Shown here in pieces: positions 10,982 to 23,700 of a stretch of 64,000 nucleotides of DNA (the stretch's first letter is position 1; every line of letters begins with the position of its first letter). The stretch lies in contig NC_043006.1 of NCBI RefSeq assembly GCF_006345805.1, positions 24,986,001 to 25,050,000 on the forward strand, in the 5' to 3' direction. Both the position numbers and the translations under genes were made by a program. Source of the DNA: Octopus sinensis. Its lineage: Eukaryota. The notes under the pieces are model-generated. The model saw nothing but the letters and a program-made list of their open reading frames with translations. It was not told the DNA's origin and made no database searches.

Positions 10982-12229
10982 GCTTCCAGACAGTTTCAGT
11001 CTACCAAATGCACTCTTAAGCATTGAGAGTGCATTTGGTAGAAAAGATGCCACTTCATTTGCCTATGACTTCATATCAGATACAGAAAAATAGTTGGTTG
11101 CACATGGCTAAGAACGATGGCACAATAGGAAATATGTGCTTATCTTACATTTATTTTCCTCACTCTCTTCCAATCTACCTACTTACATTTAATAACGGTG
11201 TCTGTACTCTCAAATGTTTGTTTCTGTTCCAGTTATTAATATATGACTACATTACAGCATATAGCATTGTTGGAAAACTTCCATGAGAATAGTATTTTGT
11301 TGCTGTCAAATGCCATGATGTTCATATGTTTTCTGATGCCCAGGCCAATAGGTTTATATTACAAATACAGTAATCTTATAATAATAAACTCGTTTTAAAA
11401 ATATTACAAAAATATGTTCTAAAACTATTAGCTTTTTCAGTAAAGAGCTTCTATATTTATATATAACTCACTGTTATCAGATGGTGGCAACCATTTTGAA
11501 TATTTCTAATAGTGAACATAGCTAAGAATACCTCAGTTTAAAAATAGATAGAAAAAAAGTAGTTTTGGTTATATCATTCATTCAAGTGCATTGGTGAGAA
11601 AGTAGAGAAAAATGAAACAGTATACTTAGGAGAAGCTAAGAACATGATGAGATAATACAAATAGTATTTAAGTAAAAGTTACATGTAGATAAACATAGAC
11701 ACTGAAGTTGTCAATCAGTGGCAGTTATAATTTATCTATAGTTAAGTAGAATAAGTGTTCTTACCATAACAAAGAAGTGAATATTTGAGAAGAGTTAAAC
11801 TGTTTATTGTCATCCTAAAGAAATATTGTTTGGTAGGAGAGTTTATTTTTGCAATATTTGCCAGACTTTAGTATAAGAGAATTCTGTGAACTGAAAGATG
11901 CTTTACAAAGAGAGAAAAACAACAGCATCTCATTGATGGTATTCAGTAGTATCTAACAGTTCTTCACTTTCTTGGTGAACATATTTAAGCTACTAAAGAG
12001 GTTGAAATATTTATCTTAGAATTCTACTTTTTTATTGAATCAGGTCAGGTATAGAGACATACACTGTTGGAGAGCTCATTGTTGCATCCACCATTTGTTG
12101 GTATTTGCTTAGATCATCTTGAGCAACCCTCCCAATCAGTCCCTCTCTCTGTGAGATATTTCCTCATCTGCCATGACCATGTGGTATTTGGATGACTGAC
12201 ATGAGTCATCACCCCTGCCAGCTCCTTTG

Positions 12230-13000
12230 AGAAGAAAATGCAATATGCAGGATCCAACTTGAAAAATCAAGCAACATGGCCAAACAGTTTGAGCTGACAC
12301 TCCTATTTCATATGAATGATAGGATACATCACATTTTCGGAGTATAACCGTTGGCTGTGTATGAAGTCTGACCAATGGTAACCCATAATCCTGCAAAGTA
12401 TCCTGATAGCAAGATGGGAAGGGTCAGAGATCAGAAGACCTGAACTTTCATTCTCCTGTTCAGATATTGGGTTGTGCTAAACATTCTTGTCCAGTGAGTC
12501 CATGACTGCAACAGCACATCCAAGTCTTTTGAAGACCTTAGGCTTGCAGTTAATGCAGTTATAGTTCACACTACTGAGGTAAGTGAAGCAGTCAACAACT
12601 TTGACGCTCTCACTCATAACAGAGAGAGACAAGATGAAGTCCCCCAGGAAGCCAACAAAACACAGGATCTTTGTCTTGACACAAGAACCTCCAAGGTCAA
12701 GTGGTTTCACTTCCTCTCTTAGTGGAAGGAGAGTACTATTTAGACATCCAGAGACTCAGTAAGAAGAACCGCATCATTTGCAAAATCCTGGCCAATAATC
12801 CTAGTTTTACCGATGAGTTCTCCACAATTCAAAGAAGCCACCATTCACACAAGTATCCAGTCCATATGGATAATGACCAAAATGAGAAGCAAAACGCGAA
12901 CCTGACACACCCCAAATCTAACTGGGAAAAAGTTGGGTGTTCAGCACCCAGTCCAAACTGTGCTCATTGTTTGAGTATACAAGGCCACCATAAGCCCAGT
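12230..13000 (-). mobile_element. Decayed RTE LINE (RT C-terminal region)
   Basis: ORF 12477-12710(-) KTKI...ESVKVVDCFTYLSS...KVFKRLGCAVAVMDSLDK resembles RTE RT domains 6-7. Confidence 0.65.
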
Positions 13001-13406
13001 CATGTACACTTATTTTCAGACTGGGTTATATTTCTGAGAAGTAAATATTTCCAAATATATTTCTAGTGGTTTCAAAACATGAGATGAGAAACCAAAATAA
13101 AGGTTAATTTCAAGAACTGTTGTATCATAACTAGTGTAGTTAATTGTATAAATATTTTGCACACTGTTATCAAATGTACGTTTTGTTGTTATATCTTGGT
13201 TAATCTTGACATAATAGTGGGTCCCTTGCTGTACTCAAGAAGACCTATACTCCACAGCAGAAGTGTTAAGAATGGTCTCTCTGGTGGTGAAAAGCACTGA
13301 TGGCAGTGTCACGTATAAGCACCCATGCAATGCCATCTAAAAACGCCTGTGCAATGCCACATAAAAGCACCCATCACACTCTTTAGATTGGTTTATTTTT
13401 GTGTTT

Positions 13407-13442
13407 CTTTCTGTCGAAGAGCGTAGGCTCGAAATGTAAAAG
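13407..13442 (+). ncRNA. Degenerate minimal hammerhead-like motif
   Basis: CUUU-CUGUCGA-A-GAGC(GUAG)GCUC-GAAAU-GUA-AAAG; core A6 and the stem III C are mutated. Confidence 0.45.
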
Positions 13443-13523
13443 TCTTTCTCACTTCTCGAGTGTTAAACTAATACATCTGTTTGTTGTTTACACACCTGTC
13501 TTCATCTTTTTTTTTGTAAATTC

Positions 13524-13569
<46 letters not shown>

Positions 13570-13707
13570 AACACACATATATGTTTTATACATATATATA
13601 TATATTTTATACATATATATATATATATTCTACATATATATATTTTATACATACATAAATATATATATCTATTTTATGCATATATATATATGTATATTTT
13701 ATATATG

Positions 13708-13748
<41 letters not shown>

Positions 13749-14129
13749 AGTATGTATTATATATTATATAGTCAGTATTTACCCTACAGCCTATAATGTG
13801 ACACAGTTAAATAATATATAGTAACGTAAAATTAATTTATATCTTCCAACATACATCCTTCAGCAAATATTTTAAATTAATGTTCACAACAGCATCTTCC
13901 TTTCTATACACTTGGTTCAGTGTTCATTTCAAACTTCTAAAATAAATTATTTTTGTATGATAAATTGAATTATGCCTTCTGAATTTTCTTTAAATTTTAC
14001 TTTCTTCACTGTCACATTCAATCATGAATTTTATAACATTTAGTACTTGTTCTAAATAAACGTTGACTTTCTGTACTTGCTTATATTGGTGACGCATAAT
14101 AACTTTTGCTAAACTATAAAAAATATATA

Positions 14130-14133
14130 TGTA

Positions 14134-14211
<78 letters not shown>

Positions 14212-14239
14212 CCTATCTATCTATCTACCTACCTACCTA

Positions 14240-14289
<50 letters not shown>
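14130..14289. repeat. (TATC)n-(TC)n-(TA)n microsatellite
   Basis: Directly visible. Confidence 0.95.
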
Positions 14290-14290
<1 letters not shown>

Positions 14291-14436
14291 GGCGTTAGGA
14301 AGGGCATCCAGCTGTAGAAACACTGCCAGATCTGACTGGCCTGGTGCAGCCTTCGGGCTCCCCAGACCCCAGTTGAACCGTCCAACCCATGCTAGCATGG
14401 AAAACGGACGCTAAATGATGATGATGATGATGATGA

Positions 14437-14440
<4 letters not shown>
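14290..14440 (+). mobile_element. RTE 3'UTR-only copy (family B)
   Basis: GGCGTTAGGAAGGGCATCCAGC...GGACGCTAAATGATGATG. Confidence 0.85.
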
Positions 14441-14496
<56 letters not shown>

Positions 14497-14498
14497 AT

Positions 14499-14760
14499 AA
14501 CTGAAAGAAGCCTGTTGTATATATGTATATATATATATATATATGTATGTGTTTGTGTGTCTGTTTGTCCCTCTAGCATTGCTTGACAACCGATGCTGGT
14601 GTGTTTATGTCCCCGCCACTTAGCGGTTCGGCAAAAGAGACCGATAGAATAAGTACTGGGCTTACAAAGAATAAGTCCCGGGGTCGATTTGCTCAACTAA
14701 AGGCGGTGCTCCAGCATGGCTGCAGTCAAATGACTGAAACAAGTAAAAGAGTAAAAGAGT
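14499..14760 (+). mobile_element. SINE family A, 3' part
   Basis: Family match. Confidence 0.85.
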
Positions 14761-14874
14761 ATATATATATATATATATAAGTTCAGCAAACAATTTAGAT
14801 TCAAATGAATACGGTTCTTAATTTAGATGCACCAGAATTTTTATGGTATTACCCATAAAAATATGCGGGGTGAT

Positions 14875-14938
14875 TATAATCAAAAATAAGCAACAAGAAT
14901 GGATCCGGATCCATTCTTGTTGCTTATTTTTGATTATA
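14875..14938. repeat. Perfect 64-bp palindrome
   Basis: TATAATCAAAAATAAGCAACAAGAATGGATCC|GGATCCATTCTTGTTGCTTATTTTTGATTATA, no spacer. Confidence 0.97.
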
Positions 14939-15907
14939 TATATATATGTTTCCCAGATTCGTAATCTCTGTATTTTTCTATGTAGATAACAACAAAAAAG
15001 AAAAAAATTAGAAAAATAGTTACAAATTAAGAAATTGCGGTGGGGATAGGGGGAAATCAAAATTTTCAACATGTGATTTCTATACAAAATCATATTAACC
15101 CCTTTTATACGATGAAACAATACATAGTTTCTGAACCTTCAGAATGCACTTTTATGCAAACTCATGCAAGTTGTACACTCATCCTTCACTATTAAACTAG
15201 CAATAACTTCCAGTAAGCCATTAATTATTCGAAAGGAACAAATAATACAATGTGTTTGTAGGTCATAACACCCGAGCAACACGGGGATGCATTGCTCGTC
15301 TGTATATAAATATTATATATATATATATATATTCAGTCCGATTATTTCTATGTCCCCGCGCATGATACAGCCTTAAGACATTTATTGGATGGCCATTGAC
15401 TCTCAAGAGTTCCTCCACCCTTTAACAGGTTTTGTTTTTCATCCCGCAGGGTGTCCAATAAACACCCTACTCACCAAGAAAGCTTGGTGGGGTTGCCGGT
15501 TTAGTCGCCAACGACCCGACCATGCAACAGGTTGTACTGGATTACATGTTACCAGTAGCACTCGAAAGCCATTGGGAGTGAAGGACTCCTAACCTTTGTT
15601 AGGGCATCCTTCTAGGAGAAGGTAACTCACGTGACTGGGATAACTCCGACATAAAACCTGCGGCTCAGTGGTTACCGATGATGTTGACTTGTTCTTCTTT
15701 TCGGATTATGGCTGCTGTTGCTTAGTGAGTGGGATTGACTCAGTGCACAGCCTTTCCTCACTTTAAAAAAAAAATCTTCTTGCACAGTCATTGCACAATA
15801 ACAACATTCATTAAGCTTCATGCAATGGCCATACTCGATAACCAGGGGGCAGCCACCATATATATATATATGTGTGTGTGTATATATGTATATATTTTAC
15901 ATATATA

Positions 15908-16085
15908 TATATAATTGTCAAAGAGGACAACAAACATTAAGACAAGGCAAACATCTTAATTCGTATAGAATATCATTACTGGAAAAAGTTCAAAGACTTT
16001 GAAGTTTTTCCAAAAATAATATTGTATACAACATGAGATGTTTGCCTTGCATTAATGTTTGTTGTCATCATTCACAATTATATAT
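15908..16085. repeat. Imperfect hairpin, ~85-bp arms
   Basis: GACAACAAACATTAA..CAAGGCAAACATCT...GGAAAAAGTTCAAAG versus CTTTGAAGTTTTTCC...AGATGTTTGCCTTG..TTAATGTTTGTTGTC. Confidence 0.8.
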
Positions 16086-16638
16086 TCGTTGCATTGGAAA
16101 TCTGCAATGGATCCATAACTACTGTCTCAGCTATAACCTTGGAGCCTCAGTAATTCGTTTCAGCACTTACATAGCATACTTAATTGCTTAGATCACTTGT
16201 GAACTAAACCTGCATACTCTGTATATATATATATAATATATAATATGTAATATATATATTTTTTTTTTTCATCGTTTATATATATATATATATTTTAATA
16301 ATAATAATATTAGGGAGTAATTCAAATTTACAGGGAAAAATTAGATTTAAGATTAAATCACATTTCACAGTATAAATATAGATTATATTAGAGATAAAAC
16401 CACTATTAATCAAATCAAACAGTGAAAAACATAAACCAATACATAAAATAAATATAATTAATATATATACAAAATACATAAAATATAAAATTTAAAATTT
16501 AAATTATTTAATTTAAAATTTTTAATTTATATTTGTAATTTTTATATTTTTTTATGATTTTTATATTTTTGTATATTATTTAATTATATTTATTTTTATG
16601 TATTGGTTATAGTTTTTTCACTATTTGAATCTCTAATA

Positions 16639-16691
<53 letters not shown>

Positions 16692-16829
16692 TATTAGAAG
16701 GTTTGGAGGTGATGTACAGGTATTTTATATTAAAGAAATGAGGTACTCAGAAATTCGGATGGTTTTATATTTACAGATATTTATTTTTTTATATTACATG
16801 TTTTTATATATCATATATCATATATTTAT

Positions 16830-17575
16830 GTGTTGATTTCTATCCACTTGTTTATTGTTCCATGTGTGTATCCATTTAGGATGCCCAGTGTTATGTGTTG
16901 GTGGTTGTTCATATTCTGTTTGTTCTCTCCAAGTGTTATAGGTTGTTGGTTGTATGTATCGTGTTCATCTTGCTGCTTGTGTGTTTGTCTTTGTGGGGTT
17001 TTGGGTTGATGGTCGTCCTTCATATTTTGTATGTCTGTTTATCGGGGGGTTCGGCAGTGTAATGAGCGGAATTTTGGTTTGTGTTTGGTAGGGCTTATTT
17101 GGATGTCTGGAAGTCCAATATGTTTGTGGTGTTGGTTTGTTGTATCTATTCATTTGTTTTGGTAGTTTTTTTGTCTTCATAATTGATTTTTCCCCATAGT
17201 TCTTTTCGTAATTTAAAAACCACTCCTGTTGTTTGGTCCACATAACTCTGGATCTTTTCTCCTCTCGTTTGGTATCCTCTTTCCATGATTGTTGTAGTTT
17301 TTCTTCGTTTTGGTTATTGTTCCTTTCTGTTATTTCGGCCATTATGACAGTATCAATTGTTTTAATCTTATCTTCCTGGTGTAAACTTCGTGTTTGTAGA
17401 AGGGAAATTTCCGCCTCTAGTCGGCAAAGGGCTAGGTTTGCACATATTGTTGTTTCTTCTAGTGTTTCACCCCTTATTTCTTTGGTAAGGAATTTTCTAG
17501 GGAGTGTTAGGCTCTTCATGTCCCGCCAGTTTTGGTATATGTTGGCTATGTTCTTACAGCGTATGCTTTTCTAAT
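16830..17575 (-). mobile_element. TE-derived ORF remnant, probably the N-terminal part of a Penelope-like ORF
   Basis: 184-aa stop-free ORF 16965-17519(-), charged/coiled then N/Q/T/P-rich; no splice-consistent neighbours. Family assignment is from weak recall. Confidence 0.4.
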
Positions 17576-17614
17576 AAACATGTTTACTTCGGTTTATATA
17601 TATATATATACATT

Positions 17615-18444
17615 CTTTTACTTCTTTCAGTCATTTCACTGTGGCCATGCTGGGGCACTGCCTTTAGTCGAACAAATCGACTCCAGAACTTATTCTTTGT
17701 AAGCCTTGTACTTATTCTATTGGACTCTTTTTGCCGAACTGCTAAGTTACGGGGGACAAAAATACACCAGCTTCGGTTGTCAAGCAATTGTGCGGGGAAC
17801 AAACACAGACACACAAACATATACATACATATATACGATGGGCTTCTTTCCAATTCCGTCTGCCATGTCTACTCACAAGAGTTTGGTCAGCCTGAGGCTA
17901 TAGTACAAGACACTTAACCAAGGTCCCACACAGTGGGACTGAACCCAGAACCATGTGGCTGGTAAGCAAGCTACTTACCACACAGCCACTCCTGCACTTA
18001 TGTGTGTGTACTCTTTACTCTCTTTTACTCTTTTACTTGTTTCAATTATTTGACTGCGGCCACGCTGGAGCACCGCCTTTAGTCGAGCAAATCGACCCTG
18101 GGACTTATTCTTTGTAAGCCCAGTACTTATTCTATCGGTCTCTTTTGCTGAACCGCTACATGACGGGGACGTAAACACACCAGCATCGGTTGTCAGGCAA
18201 TGCTAGGGGGACAAACACAGACACACAAACACACACATACATATATATATACATATATACGACAGGCTTCTTTCAGTTTCCGTCTACCAAATCCACTCAC
18301 AAGGCATTGGTCGGCCTGAGGCTATAGCAGAATAGCAGAAGACACTTGCCTAAGATGCCACGCAGTGGCACTGAACCCGGAACCATGTGGTTGGTTAGCA
18401 AACTACTTACCACACAGCCGCTCCTGCGCCTTTGTGTGTGTATA

Positions 18445-18512
<68 letters not shown>

Positions 18513-18921
18513 CTCTCTTTACTCTTTTACTTGTTTCAGTCATTTGACTGTGGCCATGCTGGAGCACCGCCTTTAGTCGAGTAACTCGACCCCGGGACTT
18601 ATTCTTTTTGTAAGCCCAGTACTTATTCTATCGGTCTCTTTTTGCCGAACCGCTAAGTGACGGGGACGTAAACACACCAGCATTGGTTGTCAAGCAATGC
18701 TAGGGGAACAAACACAGACACACAAACACACACACTTACATATATATATACATATATACGACAGGCTTCTTTCAGTTTCCGTCTACCAAATTCACTCACA
18801 AGGCATTGGTCGGCCCAAGGCTATAGCAGAAGACACTTGCCTAAGATGCCACGCAGTGGGACTGAACCCGGAACCATGTGGTTGGTTAGCAAACTACTTA
18901 CCACACAGCCACTCCTGCACC
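17615..18921 (-). mobile_element. Three head-to-tail SINE family A copies (17615-17997, 18011-18429, 18512-18921)
   Basis: Three consecutive near-complete copies separated only by short microsatellites. Confidence 0.9.
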
Positions 18922-19400
18922 TATATATATATATTATTTTATATATATGTGTGTGTATATATATATTCACAATTTAGGTTAGTTGAAATATGTTTGTCAC
19001 ATATTTCAGCTGCTAAAGGCAAATATACTGCAGTTACTGTGAAGAAAAATTCCTTCTTATGGTAAAAATGTGTGAAAACACCCCATTCATTCAGTGTCAC
19101 CCTCTCTATTCTCAGTGCTCCAGCATGGCCACAGTCAAATGTCTAAAACAAATAAAAGAATAAAAGACTAGATATATTTTATATATATATATATATTTTA
19201 ATATTTCTCATATATTATATATTGTGTGGTATGTTATTTATTTATTACTATGATTTTATTTCCTCTGACTTCAATGTGAGTACTTAATATAGAGAAGAGT
19301 AACATAATATTTATAGACTTGGCATCCAATTTCTACTATAGATTTCGTTTCAATATTTTCACTGATTGTCAAATGTTATATATTGTGTAGTATCTCATCT

Positions 19401-19624
19401 ACTCTTTTACTTGTTTCAGTCATTTGACTGTGGCCATGCTGGAGCACCGCCTTTAGTCGAGCAAATCGACCCCAGGACTTATTCTTTGTAAGCCCAGTAC
19501 TTATTCTGTCAGTCTCTTTTGCTGAACCGCTAAGTTACGGAGACGTAAACAAACCAGCATCGGTTGTCAAGCAATGTTGGGGGGACAAACACAGACACAC
19601 AAACACACACACACATATATATAC

Positions 19625-19657
<33 letters not shown>

Positions 19658-19864
19658 GAAATTCGGGGTAAGTACTTGATAATTATAATTATATATATAT
19701 ACGACAGGCTTCTCTCAGTTTCCGTCTACCAAATCCACTCACAAGGCTTTGGTCGGCCCGAGGCTATAGTAGAAGACACTTTCTCAAGGTGCCACGCAGT
19801 GGGACTGAACCTGGAACCTTGTGGTTGGTAAGCAGGCTACTTACCACACAGCCAATCCTGCGCC
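19401..19864 (-). mobile_element. SINE family A
   Basis: Full-length family match. Confidence 0.9.
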
Positions 19865-20424
19865 TATATATCATATGTTATATGTTATATATTGTATATT
19901 ATATCACATAACCAGATAATTTATTTTAAAAGCTTATTTATGTTAATATTTAAATGTTGAAATTTATGAGGAGTATAAGCTAATAGATCTTCATATATTT
20001 TAATGTTTAAATGGCTTTGCATAGTTATCTCCCTTAAGCTATATTTCACAAAAATGAAAATTTTTGTCATTTAAATAATTATTAGAAATTTTCTTAGATG
20101 TATTCATAGCATAACAACAGATTCCTCACCGTACCTATTTATTTATTATGCCCTTTAGTATTTAAGGCTCCTTCTTAAATTTTCCTTGAATATTTTATTA
20201 AATTTGTGTTTGTATTTTAACAGACCCAAACAATGCTATTTTTTAAAAAATATTAGCTGACCATTTAAGTTGTAGGGATGATATTAGCCTTACCCTACTT
20301 GTCACAGGGGTATTATAATGACCATTTTTGTTAATAAATAATAACATCACACGTAATTTATACCCGAATTATTTCTTCATTGATATAATTATGTAATGAT
20401 TTCCCCAAATATGTTATTTAAATT

Positions 20425-20649
20425 AACGTAAAGTATACTAGCCATCTCAATATGGCTAACCACTAGGGGTGGGTGTTACTGTAGCTTTTTAACCCCAGGA
20501 GATCATCGTCTCCAGCTGGCTTTAGACACACGGGCACAGAAATTGTGTCTAAAGCCAGCTGGAGACAATGATCTCCTGGGGCTTAAAAGCTACAGTAACA
20601 CCCACCCCTAGTGGTTAGCCATATTGAGATGGCTAGTATACTTTACGTT
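20425..20649. repeat. Near-perfect hairpin, 106-bp arms, 13-nt loop
   Basis: 20425-20530 versus 20544-20649, only a few mismatches; loop CGGGCACAGAAAT. Confidence 0.97.
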
Positions 20650-21317
20650 GTCGAGCGCTTACTGTTTACATCTTGCTCAGAGATTTATTACCGTTATTTA
20701 AATTATTTTATTGCTATTCTTTTGCATAGTTTTTAGTTTTTAACTGTTACATGTATCATTCCATTAACCCCAGCCTATAACATTTTATCCATATTATCTC
20801 CCATATTAGATTGAAATAAGATGTGATCTCACAACCTCTGGAATTTACTTTTTTACTATTTTTTTTATTATTTTATTATTTTTTTTCTTTTACTTTCTTG
20901 TTTAATTCTTACCATCATGGACATGTTGATGCAGTTTTGGGGTTCAATTTTTGTCCAATCTTTGTTCAATTTTTGTCCAATCTTTGTATAATTTTTGTAT
21001 CATGTGTCGACTTTGGCATGATAGACCTCCAAACTAGAAACAGCTGTAAGAGTAGAGTTACATTCACTCATTTCTATTTATTTATTCATTTATTCATTTG
21101 CTATTAATAAATAGATCTAGTTGATATTTGTTAGCTGATGTTTGTCAGTTATTTTCATCATTTTCTTCCTTGACTTATAAATTCTGGTTAAACTTTTTGT
21201 TTCCCTCCAATAGCACTATTGCCTTGCAACAATAAGCATTTGGATATAAATAGGTATATATCCAGTAGTATATTGGATATTTATTATCCCTTAGATGGGA
21301 TAATATATGAGGAGTAT

Positions 21318-21635
21318 ATTGGGCAAGTGGCTTCTCCTATAGCCTCGGGCCGACCAAAGCCTTGTGAAAGTATTTGGTAGACAGAAACTAAAAGAAGCCT
21401 GTTATATATATATATGTATATATATATGTATGTGTTTATTATTGTCCCCCCACCCCTCGCCATCACTTGATAACTGATGTTGGTATATTTTTATCCCCAT
21501 CACTTAGCAGTTTGGCAAATGGGACCTATAGAATAAGTTCTAGGCTTACAAAGAATAAGTCTGTGGGATGATTTAGTCAACTAAAGGTGATGCTTCAGCA
21601 TAGCTGCAGTAAAATAACTGAAACAAGTAAAGGAA
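21318..21635 (+). mobile_element. SINE family A (diverged)
   Basis: Family match. Confidence 0.8.
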
Positions 21636-21637
21636 TA

Positions 21638-21668
<31 letters not shown>

Positions 21669-21790
21669 GAAAGAAGGTTTGAAAATGCAATTTTAATAGA
21701 TGTTTATTCACTTGATTGGTTTCACTTTTCTAGAAAAAGATTGTCAAAAGTAACATGTAAAAGCTCGGTTGTGTTAGGTACTGGTTGTCA

Positions 21791-22115
21791 CAAAATATTA
21801 CAATATATATATACATTCTTTGATAATAATAAACATGTTAAAAACAGTTTACAAGGAAAATCTTGGGAAAATATAAAAAAGTTCATTAAAATATTGGGCA
21901 CAAAAAATTACAATACATATATACATTCTTTGATAATAATAAACATGTTAAAAACAATTTACAAGGAAAAATCTTGGGAAAATATTAAAAAGTTCATTAA
22001 AATATTGGGCACAAAAAATTACAATACATATATATATATTCTTTGATAATAATAAGAAAATGTTAAAAACAGTTTACAGAAAAAATATTTTCAGAAATTA
22101 TTAAAAAGTTCATAA
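21791..22115. repeat. ~110-bp tandem repeat, about 2.7 copies
   Basis: TACAATA...TTCTTTGATAATAATAA recurs at ~21799, ~21909 and ~22020. Confidence 0.9.
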
Positions 22116-22429
22116 AACCTATTAGAATTTCAATAGAAATCATGTTTGTTTGGAAGTATCTATATATATACACAGAAAATTATAAGTTCAAAAAGGTCAT
22201 ATTTTGGTAGTATATATGTATACACAGACCGAGATATATTTAGTTTACAAAGAATTTGGGATGAAGTGACCTGTTTCACCATTTTATGGTAAAGGATTAT
22301 TTTCTATTTCAAGGGACAGTTTATGGGATCTGTTTGGGTGGGGGGAAGGAAGAGCAATGTGGGATTGAAAAGAAGTTTTTGCTTTCTTTCAAGGTTCAGT
22401 GGTTTTGGGGATCAGTCTTTAGAGGTCAG

Positions 22430-22452
22430 AATGGTGTGAGTGTGTGTGTCTC

Positions 22453-22490
<38 letters not shown>

Positions 22491-23700
22491 CATGTGTTTG
22501 TGTGTGTGTGGGCCGCTTTTGATTGGTCCCAGGGTTTATTGTGGTTTATGTAAATGTGTCTCTGTGTGTTCAATATTTGGTAGGATGGTGTGTGTATATA
22601 TATGTGCACGCTTGTGTGTGTGTGTGGTTAGTGTTTGTTAGGGTGTTGCGTGTGCGCGAGTGTGTGTATGTGTGCATCTGTGGTTGCATGTGTATGCTTG
22701 TGTATTTTTTTGTGTTGTTGGGGATGTTTAGTGTTTGTAGGTGAGTGTGTGTGTGTGAGCAACCGTATGTGTGTGTGAGGGTGCATATGTATGTGTGTGG
22801 GTATGTGTGGATGTGTATGTGTTTGTAAGTGTGTTGTATTTATCAGGGGTTCTGTGTGTCCATGTGTGTTGGGTTTATCTGGGTGGTGTGTATATGCATT
22901 TTGTCTGTGTTGGTATTGAGTATGCATTTGTGTGTGTGTGTATATATGTGGGTATGGTTTATGTAGTTCTGTAGTTTCCAGGTGTGTGTGTGTGTGTGTG
23001 TGTGTGCACAAGTCTGTGTTGCATTTGTGAGTGATTTGTTTTGTTTGTATTGTTAGTGCATTGTGTGTGTATATGTGTAGGTGTGTTTGTGTGGGTGTGT
23101 TTATGTGTCTTGTATTTGTCGGGGAGGTGTGTGTCATTGTGTGTGTGCATGCTTGTGTGTATGTATGTTTGTGAACGTTTGTCGTGATTGTTATGTGAGT
23201 ATATATGTGTTTTTTCTTTTGAATGTGTGTGTGTTATTTTAATACTGGGGTGCGGGCATATTGTGTGTGCGCGTGTGTGTGTGTACAGGTGTGTGTAAAT
23301 GTGTGTGTGTTTGTGTGAGTTGTGTTGTAGTTGCGTGTTTGTTTGTGTATCTGTGTATGTGTGGGTGTGTTTGTGTGAATTTGATTTGTAATTTCAGGGT
23401 GGTGTGTGTAGGTGTGTGCATGTCCGTGTTCACATATGTGTATATGTGTGCAAAAGTGTTGGTTACGGTTGCTAAAATCATGTTGCAAGTGTATATATGT
23501 ATGTGTTTTTTCTTGGGATGTGTGTGGGTTTGTGTTCTAGTGTGAGGATATTGTGTTTGTGCATGTGTGTTTGCGTTGGAGGTTGGCATTGTTTTTGTGT
23601 GTGTGTGATTTTGTATATCTGTATGTGTTTCTGTGTGTGTTTGTTTTGGATGTGTACCTGGGGGGGGGGCATGTTAGAGTATGTTAAGTTGTGGTCTGTA
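22430..23700. repeat. Long degenerate TG-rich low-complexity tract
   Basis: About 1.3 kb, strongly G/T-skewed on +, with scrambled TG dinucleotides. Confidence 0.85.

Noticed and set aside
15320-15760. GC-richer structured segment with small hairpins, possibly an RTE 5'UTR-type repeat or ncRNA
   Set aside because: No second copy or diagnostic motif in the window; cannot be classified.
21010-21053. Hammerhead-like GAAACAGCTGTA with ACTTT/AGAGT stem I
   Set aside because: The core reads GGCATGA (three mismatches) and stem II is incomplete; at most a relic.
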